Under the pieces are notes generated by a model. The model worked only from the letters and a program-made list of their open reading frames with translations, searched no databases and was not told where the DNA came from. From Phaeosaccion multiseriatum (lineage: Eukaryota > Protista > Ochrophyta, other classes): a stretch of 64,000 bases of DNA. The position numbers and the translations under genes were made by a program. The stretch lies in assembly GCA_965112735.1 (NCBI GenBank), contig OZ218964.1, positions 1,922,001 through 1,986,000 on the forward strand. The letters run 5' to 3'. Positions 37,601-49,597 of the stretch are shown piece after piece; the first letter of the stretch is position 1, and every line of letters starts with the position of its first letter.

Positions 37601-38393
37601 GCAGTGGTACGTGGAGGGCCCAGGGCCACGCAACGGCTTTGCCAAGTCCCACCCTGTCCGAGTGGACGGGTCTTTCGATGCGGTACCCGTTTACGGACGT
37701 ACGCCGCTGGCTCGGTCAGTGGTGTGGAGAAAGCGACGCGTGGGGGGCCTGAAGGAGGTTGCGCGGAGAACCTTGGTGCTGTACGTCAATCTCAGAGAGC
37801 CTCATGAAGAGTGGACGCAGAACAAACTGTGCCACTTTATCATACAGGTAAGGCATCAACAGCAGAGGACACACTCGGTGTCTACTGCTCTCCCCCTAAC
37901 GTTGGCTTTTGCTTGCGCTACTGATCCGTCAGGAAATTATTCAAACCTTTGGTCTTCCTCTGGACCCTCCTCTTCGGTCCGGCTCCAAAGACCACTCCGC
38001 GGATGGGTCTGAAGAGCATCTTGCGACGGGGGGCAACGCGGTGGATGAGCTTGCCTACAGCGCAGAAGAGGGTGGCGGGGAGGGGAAGACAACAACAGCA
38101 ACGACGGGGCGACCGGAGAGCCTGGATGTTGGTGATAAGGATGCCGACTTTCTGGCGCCCTGGTTTGAAAGGCTCGGCGCTCTTGGCGACTTGGTGCTGC
38201 TCTTGGACGGCGTCGATGTCCTGGAGAGGTGAGGAGGAGATTTGTGGAGTGTCGCAACGCAGATGGGTTAGTGTGATTCGGTCTCTCCAGAACCGTTGCC
38301 TCTTGCTTTTGCTTCTTTCTTGCTTGCTTGCTTGCTTATTTGCTTGGTTTTGCTTGCCGGCTTCTTGCGTGCTTGCTTGCGTGCTTGCTTGCG

Positions 38394-38449
<56 letters not shown>

Positions 38450-41319
38450 AGTGCGGAGCTTGCGCAAGGCCTGCCGGAGCTGGTGTTCTCTTGGCTTCCA
38501 ACGCCACTTCCGTCCTTCGTTCGGGTTGTGGCCACCTGCCAAGCCGGAGGAGTGGTGTGTCGGGCGCTCGAGAGAGGCGACTACCAATGGGACCTGGTGC
38601 ATTGGCGGCTCATTTTGTCAGCCACCATGAAGGAAAGCGTCTGCCACGATATGCTCAAAAGGTGGGGGGTGGGGTGCGTGGTGTCGTACATGGATGCAGA
38701 GGTCTTGTTGACGGAGGTGACGGGCTGCGTGGCCTATCTGAGGCAACTCTTGGAGGAGCTGCACGAGCGAGGGCTGTTCTCGGCGCTTCAACTCCCCCCA
38801 GGACTGCATCCGTCCCCCCCCAAGACGGCAGCACCGGCAGCAGCAGAGAGCGTCGAAACCGTCGACGAGCTGCGTGCCACGGCCACCGAGGTTATTCAAA
38901 AGTGCACGACGGTGGAGCACCTCGTGGCTTTGAGGCTAGACAGGGTCCTCGGCCTCGAGGCGTGCGCAGAAAAGTGTGCGGAAGGGACGACACAGGGGCA
39001 GGCGGCGGCTGGGGGGAGATGCATGTGCGCAGTCTGCCAGCGCCCGCTCGTCCGGGCAGCCGTCTTTCTCATTGCCCTCTCGGCCAAAGGGTTGGCATCC
39101 TTCGAGCTGCACGGTCTCTTGCAGCTCATGTGCAGTCGGCACAGACAGTCTGGCGGAGGGAAGCGCTCGAACAAGGGGACGAATCTATCTTCGGAGTTTG
39201 TGACCAAGGTGGAAGAGAAGTTGGCTCCATTCGCGACGAAGGTGTGTTGTGTGCTACTTGACATGTTTGTCGCGTGCCTTTCCTTACTTTCGGAAGATTC
39301 CTCCTCACTCCTCCTCCTCCTCCTCCTCCTCCTCCTCACCCAACCGCAAAACACGCACGGAGACAGTCCTTGGGGCTGTACCGCCTCCAAGGTCACGTGC
39401 AGGCCGCTGCTATCCGAGTGTGCATCGACGCAGACTTTCAGGCGGGGGCCAGTGTGGACCCCAACGTGCCGGCAGTGCCCATGGTAGCAGCGTACCCTGG
39501 AGCCACGCCCCAGCCTAGCCGCGGGTTGCACCACACGAGTCGTGGCTTCTTCCTGCAGCTCCTCGTGGACTACTTTTCGTTGGAGAAGCCGAGCCTGCGC
39601 AATGCCGTGGAGCTGCCCCACGCAGCAGCAGGTGAGGCGTCGGAGCCTTGGAGCCTTGTATGGAGGAAGCAAGGCATCGCGTACAAAACTAACACACACC
39701 GGCTCTTTTGAATGAATGGTTGCAGGTCTCGTCAGGGCGGCGGCCAGGCACTCCGACTACGTCAAGAAGGCGTCCCGCTACAGGGAGAAGCTACTGGCGA
39801 TCATCACCGACTGCCAACTCTTTGAACTGGCTGCGGACCAAAGGAATGGGCTCTTCGACGACCTCCTCGAGTACCAGGTCACATCTCAGGGCGAAGTATT
39901 TTAGAGACACGCACAGACGCTTCAACCCTCGCGGCTCTCGCTTCCCCCATTTGGAAACAAGAATAGAAGGAAGAGCAAGGAGGAGTGTGAAGGGGTCGCT
40001 TGGGAAGTAGGGGTGGTACTGATGTGGAGGCGCGCTTGCCCTTTTTCTCACTACTCCATTGCTCCTCCACAAAAAAAATACGTACAGGTCTTGACGAAGG
40101 CCCCTCCGTCCAAGCTCCTTCACCTCCTTCGCACGTCCTTTGAAAGCACGTTCCAAATAGACAGTCAGCATCGACAAGGAACGAGTTATCAGGTTGGTAG
40201 GGGCCCCCTTTCTCTTGCGGTGGCGGAGGTGCAAAGTCCTTATTCCACTCCCTCCTTCCCCCAACTCTCTCCAACTCTTGCTAGCTTTTGCACAAAAAGG
40301 AGGTGGTGCGCTACGAGGACTTGCATGGGCCCGGGGCACGCATTCTTTTGCGCATCGCAGAGTTTACGCTCCACCGCCTCCGCCTCACTGAAGAAGCGCA
40401 GTCCATGGGGGAGTGCGCGGCGTGCCTAATGTTTGGTGTGTCCCAGCTCACCTACGTTGCTTTCCAGGGAGTTGAGTGCTTGCGGTATCCGGTGGAGTCG
40501 GTGCTGGAGTGTCTCCGCTTCTTGACGGACCTTTACTTTAGCCTGGCCGTGGATATGTACGCCCTGTTCTTCAAGGACCCGCTGGACCCGGCGAGCCTTT
40601 TTCACGACTTGCCATTCTCGCACGTTGTCACGCCGGACACGCCCCCGTCTTTCGACGAGGAGGTTCCACGGCCTGGACGTGAGAGCGACCGCGTCGCGGC
40701 ACCACCACCTCCGAGAGCAGCAGCAGCGGCCAAGACGGCAAATTTGGTTTCGCCCATGAGGAACCCTTTTCGCAGCGTGACGCAGGTGATCAAGTTTAAG
40801 CAAGCCTTGAGGGCGGCGAGCGAGGAAGGCAAAAAGGCGCGCAAGGCGTATGACCAGCGCAAGTTGGAGATGAATGGCGTGGTGACGGGGTTGGGAAGCG
40901 ACTTTGAAGGAAGCGGCACCATGTCGGCAAAGCTGTTGCGGAAGCCAGTCAACCCTGGTGGCCAGACGCGAGAGGAGAGGGGGGAAATGATGAGGGCCAA
41001 GACCATTGTGTCGCGTATGCTTGCTTCCTGGCCGAGGGTGTGCGAAGCCATGGGGGTGTGCTGCTCTCAGACGGTCAAGATCCGACTACTCGTCAAGGAC
41101 GTTGCGGGGGCCAGCGGAGCCGACTGCTGGAAGAACAAGAGGCGGCAGGAGAGGAACAGGAGGAGGCTACAGGAAATACTCATGAAGAGCGCACGCTTCG
41201 AGAGAGTCGCGCAAGTCGTCAGGGAGAGGCAAGCGCAGTCCACCAGCTTTGTCGTGGAGCGGGACGACATCCTCGGAAACACCCTGCGAAGGGCCATGAG
41301 AGGAGCCGCTGGCTCGTGA
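32790..41319 (+). CDS. Large multi-exon protein: TPR-like repeat, two SKICH-like Ig folds, DUF4062-like domain, NACHT/STAND-like NTPase, helical C-terminus
   Basis: AEVLLQRVFVIRARAFGVGSPNTRPALEKLLQLY; DWVGLF..PGIYRAKYF and DWVGII..PGQYRVHVF; VYVSTRWDMTMERDVL..PALK..RFVDLR; Walker A-like PGSGITT; Walker B LVLLLDGVD; WLPTPLPSFVRVVAT. The single-gene model is inferred from in-phase GT-AG junctions. Confidence 0.6.
34573..34654. repeat. (GTT)n microsatellite, intronic
   Basis: Long pure GTT run; source of the spurious poly-C/Q/N/T/V ORFs. Confidence 0.95.
38322..38449. repeat. (GCTT)n microsatellite, intronic
   Basis: Imperfect GCTT tetramer array just before an AG acceptor. Confidence 0.9.
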
Positions 41320-41716
41320 GGCAGCCACGCCGCTCCATTCCGTAGGGCGCCAGCGGAGTCGAATGCTAGAGGAGATAGCAAGAAGTCCTCATGAAGAGCG
41401 CGCGGTTCGAGAGAGTCGCGCAAGAGGTAAAGCAGCAGCGTTGTGGTGGAGTAGGACGATATCGTCAGAAACACCCTGAGAGGAGCCGCTGGCTTGTAGG
41501 GCAGGCATGCCGCGTTTCGTGGGGCACCAGCGGAGCCGATTGCTGCAAGAACAGAAAGGAACATGAGGAGACTGCAAGAAATCCTCGTACAGAGCGCGCG
41601 GTTCGAGAGAGTCGCGCAAGGAGAGGCAAAGCAGCTTTGTGGTGGAGAGGAACAACGGCATCGGAAACACCCTGAGAGGAGCCACTGGCTCGTGAGGCAG
41701 CCATGCCGCCCCATTC
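41110..41716 (+). repeat. Three diverged tandem copies (about 180-240 bp) of the 3' end of the STAND gene, including its stop codon
   Basis: Units start ccagcggag at about 41111, 41350 and 41527; each carries agagcgcRcgSttcgagagagtcgcgcaag and gaaacaccctg..gaggagccRctggct. Confidence 0.85.
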
Positions 41717-42048
41717 ATTCCGAAGTGGAGCGAGAGGATCATGAGGCCACTTCTCTGCCTTGCGGTTTCCCGCGTTGACAGGACACGGGGGGGGGGTATT
41801 AGAGCGGGACGACATCAGAGGAGCCTGCTTGTGGCTCTCTGCCTTCCAGTTTCAAGGGTTGACGGGTGTTGTGAGTAGCACACCTGGGACTCAATGGCTC
41901 AAGACGTAGGCCTTGGTACGTACGGATGATTGCAATAAAGTGAGGCTGGCTGCGGTGAGTATATAGGCTCATGCCTAGGTATTCTCTACGGGGGGTGGCC
42001 CTCCGTGTTTCGCTCACGCATGGAGTACTCTACTCGACTACTACCTGC

Positions 42049-42332
42049 TGTGATGGAGGTGGGATGGGCTCACTTACTTAATGTTAGGTGTAGGTAGAGA
42101 GACTGGCTCGGATAAGAGGAAGATAACCCCCAAGCTGAGCACTACCGAGTTTCCGTCAAGGAGAAGAGTTGCGAGAAGTGATAATACTGCTTTTTGAGGG
42201 CAAGGGAGTATCCCTGTTAAGGAAGCTTTCCCGTTGGTCTACACGGGTTTAGGAGTGAGCTGCATTCGAGCCAAGCCCAACATATCTACCGACCTTACAG
42301 CACGTAAGTGAGCCCATCCCACCTCCACCACA
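42049..42332. mobile_element. 284-bp non-autonomous element, TGT...ACA ends, ~50-bp imperfect TIRs, 4-bp TSD (Ginger-like)
   Basis: tgtgatggaggtgggatgggctcacttac ... gtaagtgagcccatcccacctccaccaca; ctgc at 42045-42048 and 42333-42336. Confidence 0.8.
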
Positions 42333-42619
42333 CTGCCTACCCATTGCCGGCGTCAGTGGGCCTGCTGCTTGCCGTATACGTCGACTTACTCCTTGGCGTA
42401 TAAGTCGACCAGCTGCTTGCCGTCGAGCTTCTTCCCCCCTTTACCCTGCTTTACCATACCTGCTATACCATAGTTGCCGACATCAGCCGGGCCTAGCTTC
42501 TACCGGCGGCGGCCGGTAGCAGCCATGTTACTGAGAATAGGTCGGTAGCACGCTAGGGGTCGAGGGAGCAGAACAAGCCACCGCGCTACGTGCTCACACC
42601 CTCTGCCATACCTCCCGCG

Positions 42620-43516
42620 CTATTGCCCTGCTGCCGTTGTCTGGGCCTGCTGGAAGGCCATTGTCATCTGAAAGAGTTTGGTCATGACCTGAGAGACGTT
42701 GGCCCCTGAGTTGGCTGAGGTTTCGAAGTAGGGGAATCCGCGCTCCGCGGCCCATAATCGGCCCTCCTCCTCGCTTACTTGCCTCTTCTTGTCCACCTTG
42801 TTGGCGCACACCACGATGGGGATGCCGGAGGCCCCAAACTTTGAAGCCTCCTCTACCCAGCTCTGCAGCTCCTCGAATGTGGTACGCTTACTCACGTCGT
42901 ACACGAGTAAGGCCTGCCACGTGAAGGTTGCTCAGTGAGTGAATGAAGCCAGCCAAGACAGTGGCGATAGCAGCATGCCTACTAAAACACGCAGACACTC
43001 ACCCCCTGCGAGTCCTTGTAGAACTCGTTTCGGATCTCAAAAAAGTCTGGGTGGCCCGACAAGTCCCAGAAGTTGACCCGCGCCTCCTCTCCATTGATGG
43101 ACACTGGTTTGACCCCGTAGTCAATGCCGATTGTTGAAATGTACTTGGAGACGAACTGGTGGAGGAAACGAAAGCGCGCGATGAGTGAGACGAGTCGCCC
43201 GCACAGTCATTTCAGAGGGGAGACTCTTGCACTCGAAAGAGACTTACCCTGTCTTCGCAGAACCTCTTGATCAGACAGCTCTTGCCGGACCCCAGGCTCC
43301 CCATCGATATGATCTTCAGTCTCACGCACTGCTCAGTGCCACAAGAAAAAGCGGAGCAGAATGGTGTTGGTATCTTGCTCGGAATGCCTCCGTTCGTTTC
43401 GCGCATCGGCTCCTACTCACCCACTGCCGCCGTTGGGGTGCATCCACAGCCCTGGCCGTGTACAGATCATCCACACCCCTGCTTAGCCGCCGAGTGCCAC
43501 GCCGCTGCGAGCTCAT
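42620..43516 (-). CDS. RJL: RJL-family small GTPase (DNAJC27-like GTPase domain, no J domain), 4 exons
   Basis: LKIISMGSLGSGKSCLIKRFCEDR|FVSKYISTIGIDYGVK..VNFWDLSGHPDFFEIRNEFYKDSQG..VCANKVD..YFETSA; no CaaX motif. Confidence 0.9.
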
Positions 43517-43883
43517 TGCTTTTCACACCATGCAGCTTTGCTATGATCTTTCTCTTCCTTTTCTCCTGTCCGGCCGCTGGCGCTCACTCACAACCACACC
43601 ATTTTTTCCTGCAGATTACTCTATACGTGTTATACGTGTTATGCTTGGAGAGAGAGAGATAGCAAACAGTGCCGAGTGGAAAAAGATTGTGAAACGGCAA
43701 GGCCGTCGTCGGAAGAAAAGCCCGTTTGTGGTTTGGTTTTTTTTGGGGGCAAAGAGCTGTCAACGAGGTGTACAGCCAATCAGCGGGGGGAGGAGGAGGA
43801 GAGGGTGCTGACTGCGGTGGTGCGTCAGCAAGTGCTGCTCAGGAGGGAAAATTGACGACGCCTGCCGACGTGCTAGCACACCT

Positions 43884-43982
43884 TCGACTCCTGACGCACC
43901 ATCCGCTATCCGTTATCGCCGGCGCCAGCCGATCCGCTATCCCCTATCGGCCGGCGGCCGATAATAGTGCGTCAGGGGTCGA
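43884..43982 (+). mobile_element. 99-bp 'GCTATC' MITE, 6-bp TSD
   Basis: tcgactcctgacgcaccat ... atagtgcgtcaggggtcga; acacct at 43878-43883 and 43983-43988. Confidence 0.9.
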
Positions 43983-44259
43983 ACACCTGGGTACGTCAGT
44001 GGCCCAGGTGTAGGCAATCTCCATCAAGGTACCGGCTGTGGCCCTTCCCTTCTTTTCTTACTTCCCATTACTTGAATGAGACTCGGGTTACTAGAGCAGC
44101 CAGCAGCAGCAACACCCACACGAGAGGGAAATACCCTACGTCCAGCGTTAACCTTGGCGACAGAGCTGGTCGTCGACGGCACTCTCGTCTCCGTCAGGGT
44201 GTTGCTGCACACTTCCCCCCAGTGGTGCTGGAGGGCACTTCTTCCGGCCAACGCGAATC

Positions 44260-45174
44260 TCAAGAAGTGGGAAGCATGCTGCCCCCCACTCGTCTTATGC
44301 ACATGTACACGGCCTTTGTGCACGGCACGACTGCCATCTTGACCGTCTTTACGATGCCAGACACGACGTACTTCATGCCCCGGCTGCCTCCTGGAATAAA
44401 AGCCGCAAAGTACCACAGCAGGGCCACCATCTGCACGCTTGCTGCGCCCACAACCAAGGGATAGCTCCCGGCAATCAGGCACGCATACAGAGTTCCCAGC
44501 ATTGAGCCGACGTAGCACACGCTGAAGGGGAGCCGGTCCATAGCACACATGGACCGAAGTTGCACACTGGGACCCTGCCAGGCACGAACGACAAAAGGAC
44601 GAGGCACAGGGTTTGTGGGGAGATTAGCAACGTGCTACTCATGTCCTTTCGATTGCAAAACACAACACCACAAGACGTACCTTTAGCATTGCGAAGGACC
44701 CCATGAAGCAGAGACTGCCCATAGTGAAGGTGAGGGCGAACTTGCTGGGCCGCAGCATCAGGGTTGGCAAGCCCACGACAACGGCCAGCACGAAGAACAA
44801 GACGGACGCTAGCAGGCAGAAAACAAAGAGCTTCGTACAGTACAGCCCGGGCAAGAAGGGGGGAAACGGACATACTTGAGCTAGTGAGCCTGCGGAGATT
44901 CACGCCCCCCCCCCCAATTCCGGTCCTCGCTCGTTCGCTCGCTCACCTTAAAGCGCTGCTTGTACGACATTCCCATGATCATCACATCGGCCTCTGTCGC
45001 CGCCTGCGGCTGCTGCTGCCCCCTAACGAAGGTGGGGAGCAGGGCCTGCCGGTCGGAAATGTCCGCCCGCAGGCCCTGCCAAAAGCCCAGAGCAATGCCA
45101 CCTTCAGCCTCCTTCTTCTCCTCCTGCTGCTTTTGCTCAAACCACTCGCCGAAGCCCTTCCCCCCTGCAGCCAT
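44260..45174 (-). CDS. SFT2: SFT2/Got1-family vesicle transport protein, 3 exons
   Basis: [69 protein letters not shown]. Confidence 0.88.
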
Positions 45175-45243
45175 TCTAGATGTTTGGTCTATCTACGCCC
45201 ACTACATGGGGAAAAATTGCAACCTTCTCCCCTTTCCTCTCTC

Positions 45244-47969
45244 CCCTTGTATGTCAATTAACCGCCCTGGATGTCAGTAGAAAATCAGTAGAATCAACAT
45301 TTTGAGTGGGCTCAGGAAAAGAGGTATTACGCACGCTACAGAGCACCACAGGCGAAGCTCTTCGGGAGATCTGAGGAAAAGACAGTATTCTAGATGTTGA
45401 GCAGCTTAAAGTCTGATTGTTACGTCTGTATAGAGCGATTTAGGAGGTGAAATGTGCTGCTATGTTGACGAGATCTTTGCCCCTGAACAAGGGAGAAAGA
45501 GAGAGGCGTAGCTCACACAAGAGGTGATAATCTTCGGGCTGAATACGGATTATGTAGTCAAATAGCCGATGTGAAGCTGGGAGCGCGGTCTTAGGAGATA
45601 GTGGGCTAACATGTGGAGCTGAAATGTCCGTTGCTTTGGCGGGAATTTGGGCCTCAAACAAGGGGGGAGTGGGGGAAGAGCGTGTGCGAGCAAGAGCCCA
45701 TGAGGGAGGAATGGCTTTGAGCAGACTGCGACCCACATATGGAAGTCGACGTTGAGCAGCTAAGAGTGCGATTGCAGGTGCTGTGGAGCAGAAGGGGTGA
45801 GGCGAGATGGAAACACTTATGGCAGCAGTTTTCACCTCAAAAATGGTGAGGAGAGGGAGGAGCGTGTGCGACCAGCAGACCACGAGAGATGAAACCCTTG
45901 AGAAAACTTGAGGGATACATAGTCTGCTGAGTGCTGGGCAGCTCGAAGTGTCCTTTCAGGAGCTACAGAGCGAGGGAGAGAATTTTACAAGTGTGAAGGG
46001 CCCCTTTTCGTCGTCATCCTGACCCTCGATCGAGGGGGAAGAGAGGGTATGACGATAGATATGGGCCAGATACAACGCGAGGCTATACCTCATGACCATG
46101 CGCCGATTTGGTACTCTTTACATGCTCTCCTTGGCGAGGATGCGATTTACAACGCTATCTATGTGTATATTCGTCATTTTAACCCAATTTCACGGATGGG
46201 CAGCTCCAACTGTACACACACTGCCCCTCCTCCCCTTATCGGTGCTGCTACAGCTACTACTACTATAGATGCTGCACGAGGCTCCGTCTTACCTGCGAAA
46301 TCCGTCTCGGTAGCCCGCCAAGCCCTCCTCTGGCAGCTCCTAACCCCCCTGCCACGGCCTCCACCCCACTTTCTCTGCATACAGGGCGGTCAGCGACTTA
46401 AGTATGGCCTTGCGGCTCATCGTCCTGTCGCCCCTGAGTCATTCTCGCTTTTCGACCATGTGCCACGACGAACACCACCACCCACAGCAACAGCACGCTA
46501 CCCCCCCCCCCTTTCTCCGGCTCAGCTCCCATGGCCGCCTCGGCAGCCGATGGCGCGTCCAGCTGCTGCTTGATTGAGCTTCTCTCACTCGTGGCTGGTA
46601 GGCTTCAATACGAGCACGCTCATCCGCAGTAGCCAAGAGGAGCTGCAGCTGATCGTGCAGCAACGGCGTCCCCGGGGTGGACGACGAGGCGGATAAGCTT
46701 GACTTCTATCTGGACGCCTGCTTCTCTTCCCCCCGCTCGTCTGGCCACTGCCGCTCGTGAACCCCTTGCTCCTTACCTTCTCGCTCCCTGAAGAGAGGCA
46801 GGATGGTCGCCGCAGTCGTTCTCCTGCCCCGGTAATGACCCTCGTGATGACCTAACCGAAGGGGCCAAAATTAGGGAGGTGGACACGAGGTGATTTCCCA
46901 TGTCTGGTTAAGCTCGCTGAAGCTGAAAGTTGGACATCTGACAACTCACACACTAGATGCCACAACATACCTTGTGTCGCCCTTGACTCTGCCGGGAAGG
47001 TTCCTTCCCTTTCCTCTCCACCCTCATACTTCGCCACCTGTGCAGTGACCTCGGGAGAAGATGTCGAAGTCCCCCCGATAGCCCCACCACCCACGTCCCG
47101 CAATAACAGGGGGCAGGGGAGTTAGTATTACGCCCCTTGAGCAAGACCGATGCTCTGACAGGGCGTGGGATCGGCTGCTCATGACCTCACAAAAAGGACC
47201 CTTCAAAGGCAAAAGAGAGGGGAGCACACGTATGCGATTGTGCACATGGGATTATGACCTTTGAAGCTAAAACTTTGTCACAAGCCAGGCTACATATGAG
47301 TGATGTTAATCCCTCTTGCCCCGCTCGTAACTGCCAGGCGAAGCCTTCCATCTCACGCCCTCTCCCCCTCTCGTGCGCCCTCACCTTTTCGGCCACCTCG
47401 GGTGACGACCTGCCATAGACGTCTTGCCCCCCGCCCATGGACAGCAGCGGTACGGGGGTCATCAGACGTGTCCTGCGGACGAGATGACGCCCTCATGGGC
47501 CCTGAAAATCGGTAGAATAGAGCAGTGTCCACGTCTCAGAGACATCCAACTGTGAAGGTGGAGTACCCTAACTTCAGGGGCAAAAGTGCCGACGAGCTGG
47601 AGGCGGAAGAGCATGCGACGCATATGAAAAGTTTCGCATACTCCTGGAGAAGAGATCCTATCTTGCCCACGGCTGATCTCTATGGCTATACCCCCCTCCG
47701 TCCTCTCTCTCTCTCGAAACAAAGGTTGGCGAAAAACGCACCTTTGCAGCTCACCCGCTAATTCTTGCCACAAAGCTGCTGCGAGCACGCTCTCAGCTGC
47801 CTAATCCCGAGTTCACTGTGTTTTCCTCAAGCTTGCACAAGCGCTTCGTCTGGGATAGTCCTTGTATCTAGTATTCATCTCCTCCCTCACGCGCCCCAGC
47901 CGATGAAAAAAAATTGACTGAAAATTTCGGTCCTACTGACATCCAGGGCGGTTAATTGACATACAAGGG
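45244..47969. mobile_element. ~2.7-kb element with 37-bp perfect TIRs; interior degenerate
   Basis: cccttgtatgtcaattaaccgccctggatgtcagtag at 45244-45280 and its exact reverse complement at 47933-47969. No clear TSD and no recognisable intact transposase. Confidence 0.8.
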
Positions 47970-49597
47970 CCTACGTCTGGGCCATTGACATATTCCTTCC
48001 CCTCCTCCCCCTACCACCACCCTTACTCTACCGGCCCTACACCACCCAACCATCACTCAAAGGCTCAAAGGCAGCCAGGGGGGCGGCAGGGAGAGGAGAG
48101 CGGGGGAGGAGGAGGCGGGAGGGAGAAACAATACGGGTTTGATTCACAACCGGCAAGACACGTGAGGGGGAGGCTGACCAAAGTGGCCCATGACCTGTCC
48201 ACCCCTACCCAGCTCCGCTCGGCGAAGCGTCCGCGCAAACTGAACTCTTCCAAGCGGAAGGTCCGCTGACAACGACATGCCATAGCCGGCGAAGAGGAAG
48301 GGGAAGGGACCGTAGAGGCAAGGGCATTGTGGTTACGAATGATTGGCAGGAGGAAATTGGGGTCAGGCCAGGAAGGACACAAAGAAGCGCAGCGCCTTAC
48401 TCTGTTTTGCTGAGAGCACTGCGGCTCTTGCTGCCGGCTCAGAGATCTTCTTTGACCATGAACGGGGTAGCCCGCTGACTGCCGCACAACTGTATTCCAA
48501 ATTGGAGGAGATGGAGCAAGTACTGCCTGTCGGTAGCAGGAGCATCGTTGAGCTTCGGCTTCTTTCGAAACGGGCGACGAATAGATTGTTGAGCGCGAGG
48601 GAGCCCTTTTAGAGATGAAGGTTTCAGACGAGGCCAGAACATGCATTCGTGATTCACTCACGGCTACGCACAAACTGAGAGTTCCGTCTTCTGCTTGCAA
48701 CGCCGACACTGACTGGACTTCTGCTTGCAACGCCGACACTGACTGGACGAACAGTCAGATGTTTGGTGTCTTGGCGACTTCCACCACCTTAGGAGCGTCA
48801 AGTGGATGGCTTGGGGGGCCTACGGCGACCCAGACGATGTTCTTGGGCTTGCAGCAGAGAAATGCACAACGTTTTTGCATCTGGACATTCAGCAGACTGG
48901 GGAAAGACTTTTTTTTGTGGACGCCATTGGCATGCTTGCTGGGTGCTACCTCCGAACCAGGCCTGAGAGCAAGGTGCTCGTGGCGGTCGCCTTTGTGTCT
49001 TCCGTCGATTGTAGGCAGCGAGTCATTGAGTTGTTCGGCCTGCGCACAGGCCACGTTCCGGTAGACCAACAGTCCGAGCACAAGGAGGAGGCGGCAAGGG
49101 GCCCCTTCCTTCCAGCTTCTGGCCACAGTGACCTGTAGTTCGCTGGTCTAGGATCGTCTGGAGCTTTTCGCCGGCGACTCGTGTACGCAGTTCCGGTGGG
49201 GGCTGCACGCGTATTTTTTACCGTGGCAGAGGGAGAGTCAGTGGCCTTCCACTCCTTCTCCGAAGGCAGCAAGCCTCTCTTGGTTGATTAATAGTACCGC
49301 CCGTGTTCAGAGCTGGTGCTGACGAGAGAGCGCGGGGAGGAGGACAAGGAGAAGAAGAGGCGGAAGGTGAGGGAGGGAAAAGGGGATGGCAGCCCAAGGA
49401 AGGAAGGCTCTCTGACCGAGCAAGGAAGCTGAAAGAAAGCTTTCTTCCCTGGGCTGCCCTCTCCCGGGGGGTTGGAGGCTCCTCCCTCCATTTGTCCCCT
49501 CTCGTCTGTGTCTTGCTCCCTCCGTTGAACGAGCAGGCTTGTAAACAACCCCTTGGGGAGGGCGGGGAATGATGGGCCTGCTCAATGATGAGCGCAA

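Noticed and set aside
37918-38630. LACL/ASKQ repeat proteins
   Set aside because: They are translations of an intronic (GCTT)n repeat.
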